Source: a virus (taxonomy: Duplodnaviria; Caudoviricetes). From it: a DNA stretch of 64,000 bases. The notes under the pieces are model-generated. The model was not told the DNA's origin, did not search any database, and saw only the letters and a program-made list of their open reading frames with translations. A program made the translations under genes and the position numbers. The stretch lies in IMG/VR virus record IMGVR_UViG_3300029305_004466; one strand, written 5' to 3'. This document shows, piece after piece, positions 50,652 to 61,000 of the stretch (position 1 is its first letter; each line of letters starts with the position of its first letter).

Positions 50652-51635
50652 ATGGCAGGAGCTATTTGCCAAACTAATAAAGATATTCCTGTAGATATGA
50701 CTTTAGGTAATCTTTTATATTACTCTTTATCTGATGTTAAAATCAAAGAACAGGAGCTAATGGATTTATTCTCTATGAATAAAATCCCTACAAGTTATAT
50801 CAGAAAAATATCTACTCCAGATGCTTTTAGAAGAGCAAGTTCAAGCGTTAAGAACACAACAATATTTATCACAGATTCTACCACTGGTGAAACTTTAAAG
50901 ACAAAGATAGAAGTAGATGAAGTGAAATCAGATGACATTGGCATTAAACGTATCATCGGAATTAAGGCTATCAATGAAAAGAATGAGGATATTTCTTATA
51001 TTCCAGTTGCCAGTGTTGAATTCTTTAGAAAGAATGAAACCGTAGCAACTTATGTAGAGCCAGCATACGCTTCCAATCAGGATATTTGCGATTTATGTGA
51101 TGAAATCGAAAACAAATATGCTGAATGGTCAGTGTATCATACAAAAGATACGGTAAGAAATACTATCTTGAGAATTATTAACGATACTCATCCCGTATCA
51201 TTAACACCAACAGGATTATGTAAATTCGTTCCTAGAAGTCATACAGATTTATTGTATTCTTTAAAAGAAGCATTAGCAGATATGGAGAACTTCTGTCAGA
51301 ATCCGGGAGAACATAATTTCATGGAAATTATCCCTGTAATCAATACAGAAGAACAGCAGAATCTTATCATGGATGCTTCAAAAAGAGAAATTAAAGAAGA
51401 GCTGTTTGGTTTTACGCAGGAACTGAAAGATGTATTACAAGCAAGACAGACACTCTCCTCAAGAACTGTTTCTTCTTATCTTGAGAGATTTAAGGCTTTA
51501 TCTGAAAAGGTAAGCGATTATGAAAGCTTGCTTGGTAATTATTTAAGCTTCCTTAAAGTACAGATTACAGATGCTGTAAAGTTAGTTAATGACAGCTCAG
51601 AAGATAACGTAGAGGAAGACCCTGTTTATGTATGA
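50652..51635 (+). CDS. DUF6744-like protein associated with MoxR/VWA loci
   Basis: LGNLLYYSL...DAFRRAS...GLCKFVP pattern. Confidence 0.6.
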   Translation: MAGAICQTNKDIPVDMTLGNLLYYSLSDVKIKEQELMDLFSMNKIPTSYIRKISTPDAFRRASSSVKNTTIFITDSTTGETLKTKIEVDEVKSDDIGIKRIIGIKAINEKNEDISYIPVASVEFFRKNETVATYVEPAYASNQDICDLCDEIENKYAEWSVYHTKDTVRNTILRIINDTHPVSLTPTGLCKFVPRSHTDLLYSLKEALADMENFCQNPGEHNFMEIIPVINTEEQQNLIMDASKREIKEELFGFTQELKDVLQARQTLSSRTVSSYLERFKALSEKVSDYESLLGNYLSFLKVQITDAVKLVNDSSEDNVEEDPVYV

Positions 51636-52029
51636 ATACATTAAGGGTAAGAAAATACAATTAGATGAACATATGTTATCATCATCTGAGTTAGCTACAA
51701 TGTATGGATTACAGACTGAAAATGGGCAACCACACAGTCTTATGGTATCTGCTATATTAAGAGAATACGCTCGTAAGACTAATCTTAATATAGCGGAATA
51801 CTACTATGCACATAACAGAGGATGTATGAGAGTTTACCCAGAATTGTTGTGGAAGCCAGCAATGTCTGAATTTGCATATCATAATGACATAGATATTGAC
51901 AATGGTAAACAGACAAGAATTTATAAGATTGATTACGAAAAGAAAAAGTTTGCTTATGTTGTTAATAAGAACATAAAGCAACAAAAAATTATAGATTTAA
52001 AAGAAAGGATGAAACGTAATGGGTATTAA
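51628..52029 (+). CDS. hypothetical, possibly DNA-binding protein
   Basis: LSSSELATMYGL. Confidence 0.65.
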   Translation: MYEYIKGKKIQLDEHMLSSSELATMYGLQTENGQPHSLMVSAILREYARKTNLNIAEYYYAHNRGCMRVYPELLWKPAMSEFAYHNDIDIDNGKQTRIYKIDYEKKKFAYVVNKNIKQQKIIDLKERMKRNGY

Positions 52030-52852
52030 GAGATGTCCAACTTGCGGTAGTACAAAATTACTTGCAAGAAAAATAACAGGTGTACAGGTAGAATCCATAG
52101 AAAATGAATTTAAGATTAACGCTGAAGGTAAGAGCTATCAGATTGAAATCGTTGGATGTGCTCACTGTAAAGCAAATCTTAACGAATCTCAGCTTGTAGA
52201 AATGGTACAGTGTAAGAAGTGTGGCAAGTTTACAGAACCTGCAAATCTTGACGCTAACGGAGAATGCGATGTATGTAGAGCAATTCAGGAGAGACCAGAC
52301 CTTGCAAATATGTCCAGAGAAGACCTTATTCGCATGATGTTAAAGCTTGAAAGAACCGTACCACCAGTACCAGCACCTGTAACTCCAATTACAGCAGTTG
52401 ATACAGCAACTCCTACAACAAGTACAGTAGCTCAGGAAAAGATGGAAGCTGCAAGAAATGCTATGGCTAATGCAGGCGATACATTCTCCAAACAAATTGT
52501 AAAAGAAACTCAGGAAGAAGTAACAGAAATTCAACAAAATGTAAAGCAAATGCAGGAAGCTATGAATCCACCAGAAGAAGCAACAACTGATGACGCAGCT
52601 CCTAAGAGAAAAAGAGGACCACGTAAAAAGAGTGATGCCGTAACAGAAGAGGCAACAGAAGAACAGGTAAATGAATCCGCAGAAGCTATGTCCGATTTAC
52701 AGGAAGCACCGTTTCCAGAACAGGACGAAACATTAAAGGAAGTTTTTGCTCAGCAGGAAGTAGTGGTAGAACCTCAGCCTCAGGCTGTAACACCACAGGC
52801 TGCGGCTCCAAGTATGGGATTTACAATGTTTGATAACGAACAATCATTTTAG
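52019..52852 (+). CDS. zinc-finger protein with acidic low-complexity tail
   Basis: four CxxC pairs. Confidence 0.75.
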   Translation: MGIKRCPTCGSTKLLARKITGVQVESIENEFKINAEGKSYQIEIVGCAHCKANLNESQLVEMVQCKKCGKFTEPANLDANGECDVCRAIQERPDLANMSREDLIRMMLKLERTVPPVPAPVTPITAVDTATPTTSTVAQEKMEAARNAMANAGDTFSKQIVKETQEEVTEIQQNVKQMQEAMNPPEEATTDDAAPKRKRGPRKKSDAVTEEATEEQVNESAEAMSDLQEAPFPEQDETLKEVFAQQEVVVEPQPQAVTPQAAAPSMGFTMFDNEQSF

Positions 52853-52860
52853 GAGGTACT

Positions 52861-53598
52861 ATGAGTTCTGATACAATAGAATTTAAGGATGATAAAATTG
52901 TCATTCATAAAAAACAAGTAATAGACAGACTTACTGGAAAAATAACCGATGAAGATATAATGCTCAGTAAGTCATTAGTTGATAGGAATATTGCTAATAG
53001 AATGCTTACGCTGGATATTATGACTGGAAAAGGCTGTCAAGGTTGTTCAGAACTCAACAGTGAATACTTTCAGAAATGTACAAACAGAGTTTTACCATAT
53101 GGTAATTTCTCATCAAATATTATGTTTGTAAGCAAAATTCCTTCAGTGTCTGAATGTGCAAGTACTGTTACGCATTCGGATGCTGAAGGACATACATTAA
53201 TGTTGATACTTAGCAGAATGGGATTTAGTCCAGATAATCTTTACTTTACAGACTTTATAAAATGTCCAAGTAAAGCTATTTCTGTAGATGAGTGTTTACA
53301 TTGTGCAATGACTTACTTTGCAAAAGAAGTATATCAAATACAACCTAAGGCAATTGTATTTCAGGGTATTTCAGCAATGAATCTTTTATACGAAAATAAG
53401 ATTTTATTAAATCCACCAGATAAAGTGAATTACGGGATTATTTATGATTCTTATTTCGTAACAGAGGACAGACCAGTAAAAGTAATTGGCTTATACGATA
53501 TGGATGTTGTTCTTAAAAAAGAAGGTGCTGATTTGCAGCAATGCAAAAATGTAATATGGCATAACTTAACAAGTCTTGTAAAAACAATTCAGGGCTGA
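52861..53598 (+). CDS. uracil-DNA glycosylase family-4-like protein, degenerate
   Basis: CQGCSEL...YFTDFIKC...C Fe-S pattern; catalytic GEAPG replaced by SKIPS. Confidence 0.65.
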   Translation: MSSDTIEFKDDKIVIHKKQVIDRLTGKITDEDIMLSKSLVDRNIANRMLTLDIMTGKGCQGCSELNSEYFQKCTNRVLPYGNFSSNIMFVSKIPSVSECASTVTHSDAEGHTLMLILSRMGFSPDNLYFTDFIKCPSKAISVDECLHCAMTYFAKEVYQIQPKAIVFQGISAMNLLYENKILLNPPDKVNYGIIYDSYFVTEDRPVKVIGLYDMDVVLKKEGADLQQCKNVIWHNLTSLVKTIQG

Positions 53599-53644
53599 TA
53601 TACTAAAGGAGTATTTTAATAACCTATAGAAAGGCGGTAGTATT

Positions 53645-54448
53645 ATGGGTTTTACAAATAGTCCTTTAGTAACTTATACCAACATTACAAAAAACAAGAC
53701 AAGTCCAAGAAAGCATAAGATTGATACCATTACTATTCATTGTATTGTAGGACAATGGACAGCAAAACAAGGTTGTGATTATTTTGCTACTACCGATAGG
53801 GAATGTTCTGCAAACTATGTTGTAGGTAAAGATGGTTCGATTGGTCTTTGTGTGGAAGAAAAGGATAGGTCTTGGTGTTCTGGTGGACCTAATAAGGTTA
53901 ATGGAATTTCTGGAAGCGAGAATGACCACAGAGCAATAACCATTGAAGTTGCATCTGATAAAACTGCTCCGTATGCGGTAACAGACGAAGCTTATGAAGC
54001 ATTGATTAAGCTTGTTGCTGATATTTGCAAGAGAAACGATATCAAAGAACTAAAATGGCAAGCTGATAAAAACTTAGTTGGGCAAGTAAACAAACAGAAT
54101 ATGACTGTTCATAGATGGTTTGCCAATAAGTCTTGTCCGGGAGATTATCTGTATGAAAGACATGCAGATATAGCTGAAAAAGTTAATGCAATATTAAATC
54201 CACCAAAGAAAAAGACCACCTTATATCGTGTACAAATTGGAGCTTATTCTGTAGAAAAGAACGCTTATGTACAATTAGATAAGGTTAAAAAAGCAGGTTT
54301 TACCGATGCATTCATTGCTCATGTAGGCAAATACCATAAGATACAGGTAGGGGCTTATTCTGTCAAAAAGAATGCTGATGCAATGCTTGCAAAAGTAAAG
54401 GCAAAAGGTTTTGATGCCTTTGTTACAAAAGTTGTTAAGGAGGAATAA
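53645..54448 (+). CDS. N-acetylmuramoyl-L-alanine amidase (Amidase_2) with SPOR repeats
   Basis: ITIHC, SANY, TIEVA, HRWFANKSCPG; two VQ.GAYS..KNA repeats. Confidence 0.9.
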   Translation: MGFTNSPLVTYTNITKNKTSPRKHKIDTITIHCIVGQWTAKQGCDYFATTDRECSANYVVGKDGSIGLCVEEKDRSWCSGGPNKVNGISGSENDHRAITIEVASDKTAPYAVTDEAYEALIKLVADICKRNDIKELKWQADKNLVGQVNKQNMTVHRWFANKSCPGDYLYERHADIAEKVNAILNPPKKKTTLYRVQIGAYSVEKNAYVQLDKVKKAGFTDAFIAHVGKYHKIQVGAYSVKKNADAMLAKVKAKGFDAFVTKVVKEE

Positions 54449-54450
54449 AA

Positions 54451-54765
54451 ATGACAGCACAGGAAAGATTTAAGATTTTAGGTGCAAGATGTCTTGTACA
54501 GGAAATCAAGAACAATGGCGAAACAGAAAGTGGTATCGTACTTCCGGGCAAAGAAAAGGAACAGACAAACAAGGGTATTGTACTTGCAGTTGGTGATGGT
54601 GCTATTCTTGAAGATGGTACGAAGGTTCCAATGAAAGTTGCCGTTGGCGACCATGTTCTTTATTCCAGCTTTAGCGGTTCTCCTGTTAAAGTAAATTCTA
54701 ATGATGCTGATACATATCTTGTTCTTAATGAAAGAGATATTTTCTGTATTTACAATCCTGATTAG
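54451..54765 (+). CDS. groES: co-chaperonin GroES
   Basis: TESGIVLP..EK...G.VLAVGDG...PMKVAVGD...LNERDI. Confidence 0.92.
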   Translation: MTAQERFKILGARCLVQEIKNNGETESGIVLPGKEKEQTNKGIVLAVGDGAILEDGTKVPMKVAVGDHVLYSSFSGSPVKVNSNDADTYLVLNERDIFCIYNPD

Positions 54766-54776
54766 GAGATGAAACA

Positions 54777-55520
54777 ATGTTAATTAAAATTACAGATAAG
54801 TGTAACATGGGGTGCAGTCACTGTTTAAGTGACTGCACCCCTAATTTACATGACATGAAATTAAAAACTTTCATTGATGCAATGAAATTTCATGACAAGT
54901 ATTGTTTTGAAAGACCAATTATCATTTCTGGTGGAGAGCCAACTGAAAGTAGCATATTCTTAGATGTTATAGAATATTTAACTGACAATAAAACAGTTGC
55001 TCCTGTTACCGTAACGACAAATGGACTTTGGTTATCACAGAATGAATGGCTTGTAGAAGAAGTAGAAACGTATTTTCCTCTATGCTTCTTTCAGATTGTT
55101 GTTGATGATAGGTACTATCCAACTCATGTAGATGAGTCAAGTCCTATTTTCAAGCATGAAAACGTAACGCTTTGTCGTGACGTAATGCAAATATATCCTC
55201 AAGGAAGGGCTTTGCAAAATAATCTGCCCTTTCGGGCAAAAGCATCAAAGTGTTTTAATGTGCGAGCATTAACGAAGCAAATTCCAAATGTAACGTTATC
55301 CAAGCTGTTTGACACTTTAAATGCAAATGCAAAATTTTGTACGCCTCACATAGATATAGACGGGAACATTAAACTAGGTGAAAGCAGATTATGCCCTGTC
55401 TGTTCTAATATTTATAAATCAGAAGAGGAAATCATTAAAGACATTGTTAATTTTAAATGTCATCAGTGTGATTTCATCAATGATAAGTTACCAGATTTAT
55501 ATAAAAGATTTGTTGAATAG
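54777..55520 (+). CDS. radical SAM protein
   Basis: CNMGCSHC, SGGEP, TTNG. Confidence 0.88.
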   Translation: MLIKITDKCNMGCSHCLSDCTPNLHDMKLKTFIDAMKFHDKYCFERPIIISGGEPTESSIFLDVIEYLTDNKTVAPVTVTTNGLWLSQNEWLVEEVETYFPLCFFQIVVDDRYYPTHVDESSPIFKHENVTLCRDVMQIYPQGRALQNNLPFRAKASKCFNVRALTKQIPNVTLSKLFDTLNANAKFCTPHIDIDGNIKLGESRLCPVCSNIYKSEEEIIKDIVNFKCHQCDFINDKLPDLYKRFVE

Positions 55521-55529
55521 GAGATTGAT

Positions 55530-56333
55530 ATGGCAGATTACAAAGAACTGGAATCTCTAAAAGATTTCGAAATATTCGATGGAACATTCGAAAGTATTAA
55601 GAATCATTTATTCATGAGATTATTCAATAAGTATAATTTACCTTTAGGAAAAGAGGTAGACAGTGTTCCTCATTTTCAACATGCAGATATGGTTGCTACT
55701 TTTTCAGTAGAAGTAAAAAAATATTTCACTGGAAGAAAAGGAGTATGCTGTTACATGATTACAAATGAAGATATTGAACAGTTTGGAATCACAAAAGAAG
55801 AACTAAAGAAAATAGCAGTTAAAAACTTACAAGATAAAAATTCAGCAAGAATAGAAACAGTAAACCAACATCTTGTTAGAGCAAATATCCTTAGTCCATT
55901 AGTTAACAAAGAAGAGTTTAATGCAACAGTGCAGTTGGCTGGACCGCCAAAACAAACAGAAATTAATACGGTATTCTCAGGAGAGCAGTTTGGTCCATTA
56001 ACTTTTCAGAAAAACAAAGATGTTATGCTAATTTCTAACAGAACACAAACCTTTGCTTCCATTAACCTTGTTATTCCGGGAGTATTAAGTGAAGTTTATA
56101 ATACATTTGAAGAGAACTTTTATATTGTTCCGTCTTCAGTGCATGAATTGATTTGTGTAAAGTCTAGTTTTATTACAGACGATGGTGAAAGACCAGAAAA
56201 GCAGGCAATCGAAGACTTATCGGATATGTTAGAGCATATAAATGATGTTGTTCAAAAGAACGAAAGAAATATCTTATCCTATGGCATTTATTGTTATGTC
56301 CATGAAGATAATGGTGTAATAAAAGTATCTTGA
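55530..56333 (+). CDS. DUF5688-like protein
   Basis: FYIVPSSVHELI, ILS..IY.Y. Confidence 0.7.
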   Translation: MADYKELESLKDFEIFDGTFESIKNHLFMRLFNKYNLPLGKEVDSVPHFQHADMVATFSVEVKKYFTGRKGVCCYMITNEDIEQFGITKEELKKIAVKNLQDKNSARIETVNQHLVRANILSPLVNKEEFNATVQLAGPPKQTEINTVFSGEQFGPLTFQKNKDVMLISNRTQTFASINLVIPGVLSEVYNTFEENFYIVPSSVHELICVKSSFITDDGERPEKQAIEDLSDMLEHINDVVQKNERNILSYGIYCYVHEDNGVIKVS

Positions 56334-56347
56334 AAAGGAGAGTAAAC

Positions 56348-57541
56348 ATGTTTGAAGTAGTTATTTTACAAAGTGTTTTAAAGACAGCATTAGACTACTT
56401 AGCCCCAACTGTCGGGAAAAATTCACAGAACTTAGGGGATGACTGCATTTCCTTAGAAGCAACTGACGTTGGTAGTTGTATTTTGTATACGACTAACACA
56501 ATTGAATCCTCAGTATTAGAGGTTGTGTGTTCAAATGCTACAAAGGCAGCTACAGCACCTTATGTTAATTTTAAAAGATTTAAAGGTATTATTGAAAGCA
56601 TTCCTTCTAATGAATACGTTACAATTAAAGAAGGTGTAAATCAGTTGTTGATTAGCTTCTCTATGAGAAAGTCACCTATTGTAATCAATGCAGATAATAA
56701 CGGTATGATTGCAAAGCCATCTATTATTGGCTCATTGCCAACAGATATGGCTGAAATTCCAGTTCACTTCTTTAATAGTGTTATCACAAAAGCCAACTCT
56801 ATTATCAGAGAAGGGGCAACAGCACAGATAATGAATTGTGTAAAGTTAACCATCGGTAATCCATCTGTTACAGCGGAAGCAATAGACGTTACATCAAAAA
56901 GAACGTTTATGATGACAGATGATTTCGGTATTAATAGTACTCCACAGACTTTCTTGATTGAAACGTCTAAAATGGCTAAGTCATTAAAGTTGCTTGAATA
57001 TTATAGTACCTTTGAAATTGGAAGCGATAATGCGTTTATCGTTATTCGTGGCATTAAGCCAATTAATACTAGCGGTAATATTATCGACAGTTATTATGTT
57101 TTGAGAAAACTGAGTGGCTCATTCCCAAATGTAGCACAGTATTATGGAGCACAATATGCCCCTGCTGAATATATCACCGTTAGCAAAAACGATATTCTGA
57201 ATTCTATTGCTAGAATAAAAGCAATTGGTGATGATACCAGTTTTGGAACAGGTATTTCAATTAAGGCAGACAAGAGTGAGTTTGGTGTTTCATTTAATTC
57301 TCAGTACGGTCAGTTAGATGACCCAGTTGACGTATACAACGGAATCAAGGGCTCTTTTAGTATGACCTTTAATCACAAAGAATTTGAAGAAGTCCTCAAG
57401 AACATTACTACAGATTATGTTGATATCGGCTTAATGGCTGGTACAGCTAGTAATTTTATCATTAAACCTTCCGGCTCATCATATACAGGTACAGACAAAT
57501 TTACAATGATTTCAAGGGCAACTCATCAGCAAACTCCTTAA
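56348..57541 (+). CDS. dnaN: DNA sliding clamp (DnaN-like)
   Basis: ~400 aa beta-rich; LSGSFPN and MTFNHKEFEEVLKNI clamp patterns; upstream of dnaE. Confidence 0.65.
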   Translation: MFEVVILQSVLKTALDYLAPTVGKNSQNLGDDCISLEATDVGSCILYTTNTIESSVLEVVCSNATKAATAPYVNFKRFKGIIESIPSNEYVTIKEGVNQLLISFSMRKSPIVINADNNGMIAKPSIIGSLPTDMAEIPVHFFNSVITKANSIIREGATAQIMNCVKLTIGNPSVTAEAIDVTSKRTFMMTDDFGINSTPQTFLIETSKMAKSLKLLEYYSTFEIGSDNAFIVIRGIKPINTSGNIIDSYYVLRKLSGSFPNVAQYYGAQYAPAEYITVSKNDILNSIARIKAIGDDTSFGTGISIKADKSEFGVSFNSQYGQLDDPVDVYNGIKGSFSMTFNHKEFEEVLKNITTDYVDIGLMAGTASNFIIKPSGSSYTGTDKFTMISRATHQQTP

Positions 57542-57566
57542 ACTTTAAATAAAGAAAGGCGTTTTT

Positions 57567-58079
57567 ATTAGTTCTCGGAAAAGCCCAAAGGTCATTGCTG
57601 TCGTAGATGCAAGCGGAAAGTTTTTAAGTTTTTGTTCTAGAGAAAAAGCAAAGAAATTAGTACAAGAGCATAAAGCTTATTATATAGGCGATAAAACACT
57701 AAAGTTAAAAGTATCTAAAGTAAGAGAAGCAAGAGAGAAAAAAGAAATTGTTAAAAGTGCAAAACGTATTTGCTATATATGCAATAGAAAGATATCAGAA
57801 AAAGAAACAGCTACAGTAGACCATGTAATTCCAAAGTCAAGGAACGAATTTGCTTCCAATAAGTTTAACTTGAAATGCTGTTGTGAACGTTGTAATAATG
57901 ACAAAGCTGATATGACTCTTCTTGAGTATGTTCAACACATGAGATATAATAGAAAAGCTTACAGCTATATTTCAGATAAGAGATTAGATTATCTGGAGCA
58001 GTATGCGAAAACATACGAAAAAGACTATTATAATTTTTACATTAAGTATTTAGACAAGTTAGGGGGAGTTTATGAGTAA
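57567..58079 (+). CDS. HNH endonuclease with N-terminal PLMP/RRXRR-like domain (probable ATT start)
   Basis: frame is open upstream of track ORF 57870; CYIC...TVDHVIPKS...NLKCCCERCNNDK; GAAAGGCG RBS before ATT 57567. Confidence 0.75.
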   Translation: MSSRKSPKVIAVVDASGKFLSFCSREKAKKLVQEHKAYYIGDKTLKLKVSKVREAREKKEIVKSAKRICYICNRKISEKETATVDHVIPKSRNEFASNKFNLKCCCERCNNDKADMTLLEYVQHMRYNRKAYSYISDKRLDYLEQYAKTYEKDYYNFYIKYLDKLGGVYE

Positions 58080-61000
58080 AATTGATTTTGCACATATCCA
58101 TTGCCATACCTGTTATTCTATACAGGATGCAATGCCACAGCTAAAAGATTATGTTAATGCAATATATAAACAGAATCAGAATAGCAGTAAATATAACATT
58201 GTAGGTTTTGCAATGACTGACCATGGTGTACTTCATGGTATTACGGACCATTATCGTGCTTGTAATGAACCAGATTTTCCAGAAAGAAAAACAAAAGCTT
58301 TGTATGGTATTGAAGTTTATCATTGCGAAGATATTAATAATAATCCGAACAAAGATAGATTTCACTTGGTTCTTATAGCAAAAGATGATACAGGTCTTCA
58401 CAATATTTATAAAATAGCTTCCCATGCAGGAATGAATCTGATTGAAGGTAGACAAAAGAATTTCCCTACAACAGATTTTAATTTTCTAAAAGCACATGGA
58501 AAAGGAATAATAGCAAGTTCTGCTTGCTTAGGTGGAATTATCCCTAAACTTATAACAGATGGTCGTTATGATGATGCTAAATCATGGGCAATATCGTTTA
58601 GGGAAATCTTTGACGAATTCTATCTTGAAATACAGGCGTTAGATTGTACAGAACAGTTAATTGTAAATGCTGGACTTGTACAGATGAGCAATGAAACGGG
58701 AATCCCTTTAGTAATTACTTCTGATAGTCATTATATAAATAAAGGCGATGCTGCTTATCATAATATCTTAAAGGATATTTCACATCAGTTAAAATTCTCA
58801 GAACCAGCTCATTTAAAAACTCCAGAAGAGTTGGAAGACTATTGTATGCTTCATAATATTCCTTTGAGCTGTTTATCTAATACCGGTGTAATAGCAAGTC
58901 ATTGTACTGCTAATCCAAAGCCTGTAAATAATAGATATTTGTTACCAGTATTCCCATGTCCACAAGGTTATACGGAAGAAACTTATTTGAGAAAGTTAGC
59001 CTTTGAAGAGTTAAAAAAGAAACTTATCAAGAATAAAATACCGAATCCAACTAAGTATATCAAGGAAATGCTCTATGAATTAGAGGTTATTTGTAATGCA
59101 GGTTATGCTGGTTATTTCTTGATATTGTGGGATTGGTTTAAATGGTGTCGTGAAAATGACATATTGACTGGACCGGGAAGAGGCAGTGCTGCTGCAAGTA
59201 TTGTCTCTTATGCATTGGATATTACAAAGGTAGACCCTGTTAAGAATGGTTTCATTTTTGAAAGATTCTTAAATCCGGGAAGATTATCATTCCCAGATAT
59301 TGATACCGATATTCCAAGAAGTAAACGTGGTGAAGCTATTGCTTATTTACAGCAAAGATACGGATTTGATAATGTATCTCAGATTATTACTTTCGGTAAG
59401 TACAAACTGAAGAATGTAACTAAAGATGTCATGTCAAATCTGGGTTGCCCATTCCAAGAAGCAAATGCAATAACTAAAGATATTCCTGATATGATTGACG
59501 GTAAAGAAGTAACATGGGATTTAATTGAAGGTATTGCTACAGACCCTTCTAACGAAAAGTATACAAACTTTACCGAACAAGAAAAAGCACAGGTTGCAAA
59601 TATTTATAATAAGTATCAAGACCTGTTTAGGAAGTATCCTACAGTTTATGATGCTATTAAGTCTATTTGTGGATGTATTAAGAGTACTGGTATTCATGCA
59701 GGTGGTGTAATTGTTTGTAGAGAACCTATTAAGAATCATATGGGTATTCTTGCTCCTACTGGTTCTGCTGTATTACCTATCATTCAGATAGCGATGAATG
59801 ATTTGGAGTTCTATGGTTTTCTTAAGATAGACGCATTGGGATTATCTACTCTTGATGTAATCAAAGAAGCCATGGATTTAGCAGGGCTTGATTATGATTG
59901 GTATGATTCAGAAGACTATTCAGACTCTAAGGTATATGAAATGCTTCGTAATGATGAAACTACCGATATATTCCAGATGGCGGGTTATATGGCAACTAAG
60001 TTAATCAATGACTTTAAAGTTGATGACATAGAAGGTCTTACAGCTGTTAATGCTGGTAATAGACCGGGACCTCTTGAAAAAGACCCTAAGACTGGTAAAT
60101 CTATGACGGATTTATATACCGAAAGAAGACAAACTGGTGTAGTTCCTAGTATCGACCCAAGAATTGACCCGTTACTTACTAAAACATTTGGTTGTATCTG
60201 GTATCAGGAAGACTGTATGAACTTAGGAAAAGTAATGGCAGGTTATGATGCAGGTGGAGCAGACAGTCGTATTCGTACAGTTCTGGGTAAGAAAAAGATG
60301 AAAATGATACCAGAAATACGAAACGAATTCGTATACGGTAAAGCGTCTATATTTAATGAAAAGCATGAAGTTACTGGCATGTCAGAAGATAATTCTAAAT
60401 GGTGTGCTGGTGCTATCAATCATGGCTTCTCTGAAGAACTCGCAAAGCAAATCTTCGAATCCATGGAAGCATTTGCTAAGTATTCTTTTAATAAAAGTCA
60501 TGCTTTCTGTTATGCTGTAGTAGCGTATAAGACTGCTTATTTGTCTTTGTATTATCCTGTTGAATTTGCTATTGCAAACTGTACGGTAAATGAAGAAGAA
60601 GAGAAGATAGTTGCAACGTTATCTTTAGCCAAGAAAAGAAAAATACCTGTTCTAGCCCCAGACATTAACAAATCTGGTACTGGATTTAGTTATGAAATGG
60701 ATGGAGTAAAAGAGTGTGTAAGATATGGCTTAAAGGCTATTAAAGGTGTTGGGGCTAAAGTTGTGGAGTTTATATCCAAGTATAAGCAATTAACAAAAAC
60801 CACGTTCGCAGACTTCGATGATTTTTACAATAAGATTCATGCAGACGATGCTATCGTAAACAATTTGGTTAACGAAATAAGAGTGCAGACAGGAAAGAAC
60901 AGCCCTAATCCTATGAAGAAAGACGTAGAAGTAGCATTAATTCTTTCTGGTGCATTTGATTATTGTGAGCCAAATAGATACAAACTTCTCAATCATTATG

